35,232 bases of DNA, taken from a virus. Taxonomy: Duplodnaviria > Caudoviricetes. The stretch spans positions 1 to 35,232 of the IMG/VR virus record IMGVR_UViG_3300030330_006583, one strand, 5' to 3'. Made by a program: the position numbers and the translations under genes. Within the stretch, counting starts at the first letter, position 1. Each line of letters begins with the position of its first letter. The notes under the pieces were generated by a model that saw nothing but the letters and a program-made list of their open reading frames with translations, had not been told where the DNA came from and did not search any database. Positions 17,946 to 25,582 of this stretch are shown here, in pieces.

Positions 17946-18682
17946 AAGAAATAGGTATAATAGGATACGGTGAAATAGGAGAGTCATTAGAGAAGTGTTA
18001 TCTTGGTAAAGATTTTAATGTCAGTATAGTAGATACAGGAAAAGATATTAATCAAATTACTGATAGTATTGACATTTTAAATATCGCGATTCCTTTCACC
18101 AGTATTTCTAAGTTTGTTAAAATAGTATCTCAATATATAGAAAAATATTCACCTAAGCTTACCATTATTCATAGTACAGTTACTCCTGGTACTACAAAAT
18201 TAATTATTGATATTACTAAATCAAATGTAGTACATTCACCGGTCCGCGGAGTACATCCTAATTTATACGAAGGATTAAAATCTTTTGTAAAGTGTATTGG
18301 TGGTGAAGACGATTATTCAATCGACTTAGCTAAAGAACATTACGATAAGTTAGAAATAAAGTATAAAGTTTTTAATGGTTCAGCTGCTACTGAATTAGCT
18401 AAAATTCTCTCAACAACTTATTATGGTATGTGTATTGCTTTTCATAATGATATAAACAAGCTGTGTAATGAATATGATGTAAATTTTGATGAAGTTGCAA
18501 CACAATGGAATAGAACATATAATGAAGGTTATAAAAAATTAGGAATGGAAAATGTTGTACGACCAGTATTATATCCTCCTAAAGATGGTAAGATAGGCGG
18601 TCATTGTGTTATACCTAACGCAGAGCTTTGCAAAAAGTTTTTTGATAGTACAGTATTAGATTATATTTTAGAATTAAAATGA
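17942..18682 (+). CDS. UDP-glucose/GDP-mannose dehydrogenase family protein (short form)
   Basis: GYGEIG, IHSTVTPG, ELAK and IGGHCV (catalytic Cys) motifs. It ends soon after the GGHC motif. Confidence 0.82.
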   Translation: MKEIGIIGYGEIGESLEKCYLGKDFNVSIVDTGKDINQITDSIDILNIAIPFTSISKFVKIVSQYIEKYSPKLTIIHSTVTPGTTKLIIDITKSNVVHSPVRGVHPNLYEGLKSFVKCIGGEDDYSIDLAKEHYDKLEIKYKVFNGSAATELAKILSTTYYGMCIAFHNDINKLCNEYDVNFDEVATQWNRTYNEGYKKLGMENVVRPVLYPPKDGKIGGHCVIPNAELCKKFFDSTVLDYILELK

Positions 18683-19716
18683 AAAAAGCATTAGTATTAG
18701 GAGCCGGTGGTTTTATTGGAAGCCATTTAGTAAAAAGACTTAAAGAAGATGGGTATTGGGTACGTGGTGCCGATTTAAAATATCCGGAATATTCAACTGT
18801 ATTAGCAGATGAATTCATATGTGGTAATAATGGCGACTTACGAAGTCAATCTAACTGTGAAAGATTAATAAAATTTGATGGTAAGCAAGGTAATTTTTAC
18901 AATAATGTTCCGGAACAGTATAAGGAACCTTTTGATGAAATTTATCAATTAGCAGCAGATATGGGCGGCGCTGGTTTTATTTTTACTGGTGATAACGATG
19001 CTGATATTATGCATAATTCTGCTACAATTAATTTAAATATTTTAAATGCAGTAAAAACTTTTAATGAATATAGAGGTGAAAATAAAACAAAAATATTCTA
19101 TAGTAGTAGTGCATGCATGTATCCGGAACATAATCAGTTAGACCCGGATAATCCTAACTGTGAAGAGTCATCTGCGTACCCTGCTGACCCAGATTCAGAG
19201 TATGGTTGGGAAAAATTATTTAGTGAAAGATTATATCTAGCTTATAATAGAAATTATAATATACCTGTAAGAATTGCGCGCTTTCATAATATATTTGGAC
19301 CCCAGGGTACATGGGATGGAGGACGTGAAAAGGCACCAGCTGCTATTTGCAGAAAGGTATTACAGGCAAAAAATAATGGTGAAATAGAAATATGGGGCTC
19401 AGGTGAACAAACTAGAAGTTTTTTATATATAGATGAATGCATTGAAGGGGTAATTAGGTTAATGAATTCTGATTTTTCTGAACCAGTAAATATTGGATCA
19501 GATGAAATGGTGACAATAAATGAACTAGTAGATATTGCTGCAGCAATACAAAGCAAACCACTTGTCAAAAAACATATTGATGGTCCTTTAGGAGTAGCAG
19601 GAAGAAATTCTGATAATAAATTAATTAAAGAAAAGATAGGATGGGCACCCGATTATCCTTTAGCAAAAGGTATAGAGAAAACATACTGGTGGATATTTGA
19701 TCAACTTAAATTATAA
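18679..19716 (+). CDS. GDP-mannose 3',5'-epimerase-like SDR
   Basis: GAGGFIG, LAADMGGAGFI, SSSACMYPE, YGWEK, RFHNIFGP.GTWDGGREKAPAAICRK and EPVNIGSDEMV match GME-type enzymes. Confidence 0.85.
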   Translation: MKKALVLGAGGFIGSHLVKRLKEDGYWVRGADLKYPEYSTVLADEFICGNNGDLRSQSNCERLIKFDGKQGNFYNNVPEQYKEPFDEIYQLAADMGGAGFIFTGDNDADIMHNSATINLNILNAVKTFNEYRGENKTKIFYSSSACMYPEHNQLDPDNPNCEESSAYPADPDSEYGWEKLFSERLYLAYNRNYNIPVRIARFHNIFGPQGTWDGGREKAPAAICRKVLQAKNNGEIEIWGSGEQTRSFLYIDECIEGVIRLMNSDFSEPVNIGSDEMVTINELVDIAAAIQSKPLVKKHIDGPLGVAGRNSDNKLIKEKIGWAPDYPLAKGIEKTYWWIFDQLKL

Positions 19717-19717
19717 T
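19690..19717 (+). promoter_or_regulatory. Sigma70-like internal promoter for the DUF366-like gene
   Basis: TGGATA-16 nt-TATAAT-5 nt-ATG(19723). Confidence 0.45.
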
Positions 19718-19722
19718 TTGAT

Positions 19723-20304
19723 ATGGTTATTAAGCAAAGTGTATACGATGGTAATTTAATTCATAATCGTTTCGCATACGAGTATTTTCGAAAAAATGTA
19801 TCTCCTTATGGTAACATAGTTGCTTTCAGAGCTCCTATGTACGTAAAAGATGCTTTAATTGATCTAGAAGATACACTAAGTGACGACTATATTCATAGTC
19901 AAGATTCTATTAATTTTTGTTGGGAGATACCTAACCTATGTCCATTAGGTGCTGTGTCATTTCAGAGATTATTCAATACAGCAATTGCTAATCTTCTTGC
20001 TGCTATTATTCAAAAACCTATTTCAGTTGAAGGTGATGATCTAATGGTTCAAGACGAGTTTGTTGGAAATGATGAAAAGGTTAGAAAGGCAGGTAAGGTG
20101 AGTGTTTCAATTACATACTCGAAAGATAATGTATCTTTAGGTCATACTGGTATTAATATTATTGCTGGTGATAAAGCTCCTGGTTTTGCCTATTCATCTA
20201 ATTTAAATAAAAAGCAGGTAGAATATTTTATGACTTCTGTAATCGATTATTTTAATTCTGAAGTTCAAGATCAGTTTGTAGCAACTACTAAAGTTATAGT
20301 ATGA
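19723..20304 (+). CDS. DUF366-like protein (biotin/lipoate-ligase-like fold)
   Basis: YDG, NIVAFRAP, IDLED, FQRLF, EGDDL, GKVSVSI and HTGINI follow the DUF366 pattern as I recall it. Confidence 0.7.
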   Translation: MVIKQSVYDGNLIHNRFAYEYFRKNVSPYGNIVAFRAPMYVKDALIDLEDTLSDDYIHSQDSINFCWEIPNLCPLGAVSFQRLFNTAIANLLAAIIQKPISVEGDDLMVQDEFVGNDEKVRKAGKVSVSITYSKDNVSLGHTGINIIAGDKAPGFAYSSNLNKKQVEYFMTSVIDYFNSEVQDQFVATTKVIV

Positions 20305-20657
20305 ATTTTTTTCAGCTTCAAAATAAATTATTTTATTCTAAGAAAGAAGACGCAGGTTATTTAGATTCAGAAGGCGAACAAGCGTTTGTTCCTTTTTTGT
20401 TTAATAGATGGTTATCATTTTATGATAACAATATGTGTGTTTTTACTAACGAAACTCTTAATAAGTTTAGTACTTTATTTGATAATAAACAAGAGTCGTA
20501 TAAATTATATTACTACTTGATTCCTAGACTTAAGTGGAAAAAGATTTCTTATATAAAGAAAAAGAAAAAAGAAGAGGAAGAAGTAGATTTAAGCTCTATT
20601 GCGAAAAATAAAAATATGTCTGTAAGAGAGTTAAAAATGTATTTAAATTATGAGTAA
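20301..20657 (+). CDS. Clamp-loader small subunit (T4 gp62-like)
   Basis: FFQLQN...SKK, FVPFLFNRWLSF, NE.LN, Y..YYYLIPR.K and helical C-terminus resemble gp62 of T4-like phages. Confidence 0.55.
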   Translation: MNFFQLQNKLFYSKKEDAGYLDSEGEQAFVPFLFNRWLSFYDNNMCVFTNETLNKFSTLFDNKQESYKLYYYLIPRLKWKKISYIKKKKKEEEEVDLSSIAKNKNMSVRELKMYLNYE

Positions 20658-21549
20658 AGCAATTGTAACTGGTGGAGGAGGATTTATTGGATCTAACCTG
20701 GTAGATGAGTTAGTTAAAATTTATGACAAAGTAATCATTATCGATAATGAATCAGCTGATTCTAATGAACAATTTTATTATAATGATAAAGCTGAAAAGT
20801 ATTTATTAAATGTATGTGACTACAAAAACACTAGACCGCTTTATGACGGGGTAGATTGCGTTTTTCATTTAGCAGCAGAATCTAGAATACAGCCAACTCT
20901 AGAAAATCCTGTGTTAGCTGCACTTACTAATACCGTAGGAACCTGTACTGTATTACAATGTGCTAAAGAAGCTAATGTAAAGCGTGTTGTTTATAGTTCA
21001 ACCTCTTCTGGATATGGCTTAAAGAATAAAATACCATTAAACGAAAATATGCCAGATGATTGTTTAAATCCATATTCAGTAACTAAAGTATCAGGTGAAA
21101 AATTATGTAAAATGTATACTGATTTATTTGGTTTAGAGACAGTTGTCTTTAGATATTTTAACGTGTACGGTGAAAGACATCCAGTTAAAGGTCAATATGC
21201 TCCAGTTATCGGCATTTTTATTAGACAAAAAAATAACGGTGAGAAGCTTACTATTGTTGGAGATGGAAGACAAACGAGAGACTTTACACATGTTTCAGAT
21301 GTTGTTCAAGCGAATATATTAGCATCAGATATTAACAATAAAAAACCAGTAGGTGAATTAATTAATTTGGGAACAGGTACAAATAATAGTATCTTGGAAA
21401 TAGCTCAAATGGTTGGTAATAAGTACGCTTTTATAGAATCTCGTAGTGGCGAGGCACAAGATACATTAGCTGATATTTCAAAAGCTAAAGAGCTTTTAGG
21501 GTGGGAGCCAACAGTTAAGGTTGAGGATTGGATAAAGAATAATAGTTAA
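20650..21549 (+). CDS. NAD-dependent epimerase (UDP-hexose/HexNAc 4-epimerase-like)
   Basis: TGGGGFIG, FHLAA, YSSTSSGYG, PYSVTK, FRYFNVYG and GDGRQTRDFTHVSD motifs. Confidence 0.88.
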   Translation: MSKAIVTGGGGFIGSNLVDELVKIYDKVIIIDNESADSNEQFYYNDKAEKYLLNVCDYKNTRPLYDGVDCVFHLAAESRIQPTLENPVLAALTNTVGTCTVLQCAKEANVKRVVYSSTSSGYGLKNKIPLNENMPDDCLNPYSVTKVSGEKLCKMYTDLFGLETVVFRYFNVYGERHPVKGQYAPVIGIFIRQKNNGEKLTIVGDGRQTRDFTHVSDVVQANILASDINNKKPVGELINLGTGTNNSILEIAQMVGNKYAFIESRSGEAQDTLADISKAKELLGWEPTVKVEDWIKNNS

Positions 21550-21574
21550 TCATTGATTTAAAATATATAGCTAG

Positions 21575-21580
21575 TAAATA
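21575..21580 (+). promoter_or_regulatory. Late promoter box TAAATA (upstream TTGATT at 21553-21558 also present)
   Basis: TAAATA-7 nt-ATG(21588). Confidence 0.5.
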
Positions 21581-21587
21581 GATCTAT

Positions 21588-22004
21588 ATGGCAATGGCAA
21601 GTATAGATAATTTGGCACCTACTAGAAGCTTAATTGATTTAACAAATCCAGATAAAGGTGATTTTGGTATTGATGATTATGAATTAAGTTTTATTTTTGA
21701 TGATATTTTATTAATACAATATGTTGATGAAACTGAAGAAGGTGAAGTAAATAGAAATGGAATTCTAATTCCAACAAACACACTTAATAAAGCTTGGCGT
21801 AAAGGTCAAGTTATTTTGGCAGGACCTGATGTAAAATATGCTAAAGAAGGAGATGTAGTTATTTTTCCGAACAATATGGGGGTAACCATTTCTGGTGTAA
21901 AAATTACCGGTAAAGGCAAAGTTAAAAAAGGTGTCTTCTTAAACGAAGAAAGAATGTTTGGAATTTGTAAAAAGAGCAATGATAGTCCAAAAAGCGATAC
22001 TTGA
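21588..22004 (+). CDS. groES: Co-chaperonin GroES/Cpn10-like (functional analogue of T4 gp31)
   Basis: DDILLI...NGILIP...KGQVILAGP...KEGDVVIF...FLNEERMFG. Confidence 0.75.
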   Translation: MAMASIDNLAPTRSLIDLTNPDKGDFGIDDYELSFIFDDILLIQYVDETEEGEVNRNGILIPTNTLNKAWRKGQVILAGPDVKYAKEGDVVIFPNNMGVTISGVKITGKGKVKKGVFLNEERMFGICKKSNDSPKSDT

Positions 22005-22356
22005 TCCTCTTTTGCAAACTAATGTATGTGAAGTACGCTTTCCTCGTAGGATTATAAAATCAGGTCTAGCTCCTACGAGGCGAATGTTATGTACTAATTC
22101 TATAGAATTACTTAACTCTGTAAATGGTAGAATATCGCTTAATTACTTTGCTCCTAAAGGCCCTCCTAAAGCATATCTTGGACCTGATAATTTAGCTGTT
22201 GCTTGGGATATATTAATGCAGGATTATAGAAATATAAATATGAATCAATGTAATTTAATACAACAAATTCCTGCTAATGAAGATTTTTGGGTTTATTTTA
22301 ATGAAAATATTTACCCAATGTCTTCGAAACAAAAATTTGATTTTATGAATTCATGA
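21979..22356 (+). CDS. Small SH3/WYL-like beta-barrel phage protein
   Basis: VCEVRF.R...RRMLCT...AWDI....YRNI pattern. In-frame ATG 21979 is preferred over TTG 21958. Confidence 0.55.
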   Translation: MIVQKAILDPLLQTNVCEVRFPRRIIKSGLAPTRRMLCTNSIELLNSVNGRISLNYFAPKGPPKAYLGPDNLAVAWDILMQDYRNINMNQCNLIQQIPANEDFWVYFNENIYPMSSKQKFDFMNS

Positions 22357-22709
22357 ATAACTGTTTAGAAAATATTACTGATCATTTAAAGCCGTTCTTA
22401 TTGAGAGATATAATTATAAGAACTGATAAGAAAATTTTGAAAAGAGGTAAATTGAAAATTTTTCAAATTAAACAGTACTATATAAATCTGTCTTTAGAGT
22501 ATAAAGACTCAATAAAGAATTATGAAATACCTTATCCATTTGATATACAGCTTGAACAGGAAGGTAATGAAGCAGTTTTAAATTATCATTTAAGTTCTTT
22601 TGTACCTAAGAGTCAAATAAATAAAGTAAAGTGTTTGGATACTTCCTCTAAGTCAAAAATATATAACAATTTAGTCTACATATGGCCTTCAGAGGAAACC
22701 ACATTATAA
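22353..22709 (+). CDS. Hypothetical protein
   Basis: 118 aa ORF with ATGA overlap to the upstream gene. Confidence 0.65.
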   Translation: MNNCLENITDHLKPFLLRDIIIRTDKKILKRGKLKIFQIKQYYINLSLEYKDSIKNYEIPYPFDIQLEQEGNEAVLNYHLSSFVPKSQINKVKCLDTSSKSKIYNNLVYIWPSEETTL

Positions 22710-22710
22710 T
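22705..22710 (+). promoter_or_regulatory. Sigma70-like -10 box for the helicase
   Basis: TATAAT-6 nt-GTG(22717). The -35 region is weak. Confidence 0.4.
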
Positions 22711-22716
22711 AATAAT

Positions 22717-24351
22717 GTGTTAGGTGGTTTGTTAAAAAAATTTCCGAGTGGTTATACTCCTAATTCTGCTCAAGTAAAGCTCTTAAAAAATATCGATCAA
22801 GCTTTTGATGATGGCTATAAGTTTGTAGTATGTAATGCACCAACTGGATCTGGTAAGTCGTTTATTTCTAAAACAGTAAGTAATTCTGCTCGTGAAACTT
22901 CTAAAGAGTTTAGAGAGCTAATTAGTAATTATTTAGCTTATAGAAGAGCGCATGGTGGAGGCTACGCATATGAAGACCATTGTGACGAAGAACAATCGTT
23001 TGGCTGTACTGCTCTAACTATAACAAAAGCTTTACAAGATCAGTATAAAGGTTTATTCGATGATGTTGAAGTATTAAAAGGTAAATCAAATTATCAATGT
23101 GCTGTAGATGACAAGTTTACTGTAGAACTTGCTCCATGCTTGCATTTACCTAAATTTAAAGAAGAGTGTTGGTCAAAAAACATATGTCCTTATTACGAGC
23201 AGCGTAATAAAGCATTAGTATCTAGCTTTAATACCTTAAACTATAACATGTTTTTTTCTTTACCTGATCATTTAAAGAAAAGACAATTTTTAATTTGTGA
23301 TGAAGCTGCAGAGCTTGAAGATCAATTAGTAAAAGAATTTTCATGTGCTGTAAACTTTGATATGCTTAAGAGTTTTCATATTCAAGTTAGACCGTTTTAT
23401 TCGAAAAATAATATACAGGTGTTAAAATGGATTAATAATTTAATAATTGATCTAAATGATAAAATAGAAGAATTAAAAGATGTAGTTAATACAACTAAAA
23501 AGAATAACAAATATATTATTTCTATAAAAAATAACTTAATAAGTTTACGTAACTTACATTCAAAACTTTCTCTTATCTGCGATACTTGGAAAGAGAGTGA
23601 ATATATTTTTGAAACAAGTAAAAAGGGTATCACCTTTATGCCGCTAAAAGTTAATAAACTTTCTAATCATTTGTTTAAGTATGCTGATAAGGTAATTTTG
23701 ATGTCTGCTACAATTATTGATCCGAATAATTTTTGTAAAAGCTTAGGTATAGATAAGTTTAAATACGTTGAAGCAGAATCTTCCTTTAAAGCAGAAAACG
23801 CTCCTATATACTGTAATACTAAATTTAAATTAAACTATCATAATCTTAAAAGAAATCTCCCTAAGGTAGTAGATCAAATACAAGAAATATGTAACTTTCA
23901 TAAAAATGATAAAGGTATAATTCATACACATAATAATACTATTACATCACATCTTTCAGATAATTTAACTAATAAGCGATTTTTAATTAGAGAACCTGGA
24001 GTGAGAAACGAAATGATATTAGAGCAGCATACTTTAAATAACGATCCTACTGTTCTTATATCCCCTTCTATGTCTCATGGAGTAGATCTTAAAGATAATC
24101 TAGCTAGATTTCAAATTATAGTTAAAGCTCCTTATTTACCTACAAAAGATAAAAGAATTGAAAGACTAATGAAAGAAGACTTTGATTGGTATACAAATAA
24201 AATGCTTTGCTCGTTAATTCAGTCTTGTGGAAGAGGTGTTAGATCACATAAAGATCATTGCATAACATATATTTTAGACGGAGCTATAGTAGAAAGTGTA
24301 GTTAATAACAAGCATAAGTTACCAAAATATTTCATCGATAGGTTTTTGTAA
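22717..24351 (+). CDS. DinG/Rad3/XPD-like SF2 helicase
   Basis: Q motif (PNSAQ), APTGSGKS, LQDQY, KGKSNYQC, CPYY, DEAA, MSAT, HGVD and QSCGRGVRS..D motifs. Confidence 0.88.
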   Translation: MLGGLLKKFPSGYTPNSAQVKLLKNIDQAFDDGYKFVVCNAPTGSGKSFISKTVSNSARETSKEFRELISNYLAYRRAHGGGYAYEDHCDEEQSFGCTALTITKALQDQYKGLFDDVEVLKGKSNYQCAVDDKFTVELAPCLHLPKFKEECWSKNICPYYEQRNKALVSSFNTLNYNMFFSLPDHLKKRQFLICDEAAELEDQLVKEFSCAVNFDMLKSFHIQVRPFYSKNNIQVLKWINNLIIDLNDKIEELKDVVNTTKKNNKYIISIKNNLISLRNLHSKLSLICDTWKESEYIFETSKKGITFMPLKVNKLSNHLFKYADKVILMSATIIDPNNFCKSLGIDKFKYVEAESSFKAENAPIYCNTKFKLNYHNLKRNLPKVVDQIQEICNFHKNDKGIIHTHNNTITSHLSDNLTNKRFLIREPGVRNEMILEQHTLNNDPTVLISPSMSHGVDLKDNLARFQIIVKAPYLPTKDKRIERLMKEDFDWYTNKMLCSLIQSCGRGVRSHKDHCITYILDGAIVESVVNNKHKLPKYFIDRFL

Positions 24352-24357
24352 TAAATA
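24352..24357 (+). promoter_or_regulatory. Late promoter box TAAATA
   Basis: ATAAATA-11 nt-ATG(24369). Confidence 0.6.
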
Positions 24358-24368
24358 TATAAGTACGA

Positions 24369-25571
24369 ATGAAGAAAAGAGCATTTCATTTTGAAATTAA
24401 AAATCTTTTAACGCAATTTATTGCGGCTTTTGATGATGTAGTAATTAGTAGATGGAATAAAGATCGATCAGCTAAATCTAACATCGAAGTGAGATATGTA
24501 TTTGCCCCTAAGCATAGGGTAATGTATGATATTATTAATAAAGCACAAAATATTACCCTACCAGCAGTTGCTGTAAACTTAACCAGTATTTCAAGAGACG
24601 AGTCGCGTGTATTTAATAAACTCGCACCAACATATATACCCGCAGAACTTGATTCTAATCCAAGAGTTTCATCTAAATTTTTAATGCCTGTACCGGTTAA
24701 TTTAGAAGTTAGTATGTCTATTTTAGCTAGATATATGGAAGATGTAGATCAAATTATATCTAACTTTGCTCCATATAATAACCCTTATATTATTCTTTCA
24801 TGGCCGGTACCTAAAGCCTTTGGCGCAGATTATGATCAAGAAATAAGAAGTGAAGTTTTATGGTCTGGAGAGTTATCATACAATACACCTACAGATACAA
24901 CTTATAGTGATAAATTTAGAATAACAGTAGATACTACATTTACAATTAAAGGTTGGTTGTTTCCGGAAAAGAAAGACACACAAGGTACAATTTATAAGGT
25001 AGATAGTAATTTCGTAGCTGTTGATTTAAGAAATAGAATATATAACCCTCTTGATAGACAAGAAGTAGTTGATAGTTATGAAACTCAAGGCTACGGTGCT
25101 TTATCTGGATATAATGATACAGTTCCTACTAACTATTCGGAAATGGTTACTGTATCAGGTAGACCAGAATTTACTAATATATTTTATACTTCTACTGGTG
25201 CTAATGTAGAAATGAGAAATGAAGTACCAATATTATCAACCTTAGATAATAGCTTTTTATTATTTGGAAAACGTTTTAATTATAGTAATAATTTTTATCT
25301 AAGTTCAGAAAATACCAATGATGTTAATGGAGAAGTAGATCAATTCTTTTCGAATTATCAAGTTATAACTTCTGGTGATGATAATGTACCTACTATAAGT
25401 GGATTTAAACTTAGTGATTCGAATTTTACAGTAGCAAATGATAATATAGTAAGTTTTTACTTCCCCGCCAATACATTAAGCGGGCATGGAAACTTTACTT
25501 TAGTAACCGCAAACGAAGCTGGTTGGGCAACATCTTACCAAGCCACTAGCTCTATCATACACTTAGCATAA
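24369..25571 (+). CDS. gp15: Tail terminator/sheath stabiliser (T4 gp15-like) with C-terminal extension
   Basis: FIAAFDDVVI.R, FAPK.R, TLPA, SRD.SR, PVPVNL, DQII.NF.PY and FTIKGWLFP motifs. Confidence 0.8.
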   Translation: MKKRAFHFEIKNLLTQFIAAFDDVVISRWNKDRSAKSNIEVRYVFAPKHRVMYDIINKAQNITLPAVAVNLTSISRDESRVFNKLAPTYIPAELDSNPRVSSKFLMPVPVNLEVSMSILARYMEDVDQIISNFAPYNNPYIILSWPVPKAFGADYDQEIRSEVLWSGELSYNTPTDTTYSDKFRITVDTTFTIKGWLFPEKKDTQGTIYKVDSNFVAVDLRNRIYNPLDRQEVVDSYETQGYGALSGYNDTVPTNYSEMVTVSGRPEFTNIFYTSTGANVEMRNEVPILSTLDNSFLLFGKRFNYSNNFYLSSENTNDVNGEVDQFFSNYQVITSGDDNVPTISGFKLSDSNFTVANDNIVSFYFPANTLSGHGNFTLVTANEAGWATSYQATSSIIHLA

Positions 25572-25574
25572 ATA
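25569..25574 (+). promoter_or_regulatory. Late promoter box TAAATA
   Basis: ATAAATA-8 nt-ATG(25583). Confidence 0.6.
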
Positions 25575-25582
25575 TATACAAG

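Noticed and set aside
7975-21549. Bacterial O-antigen/capsule locus (chromosomal DNA or prophage flank)
   Set aside because: There is no wzx/wzy/wzm/wzt or initiating transferase, and the cluster is interleaved with phage genes of similar composition.
5888-23633. Short opposite-strand or alternative-frame ORFs inside longer genes (e.g. 5888, 6903, 7391, 7933, 10443, 11297, 17069, 18615, 19284, 23397)
   Set aside because: They overlap well-supported genes almost entirely and have no motifs or expression signals of their own.
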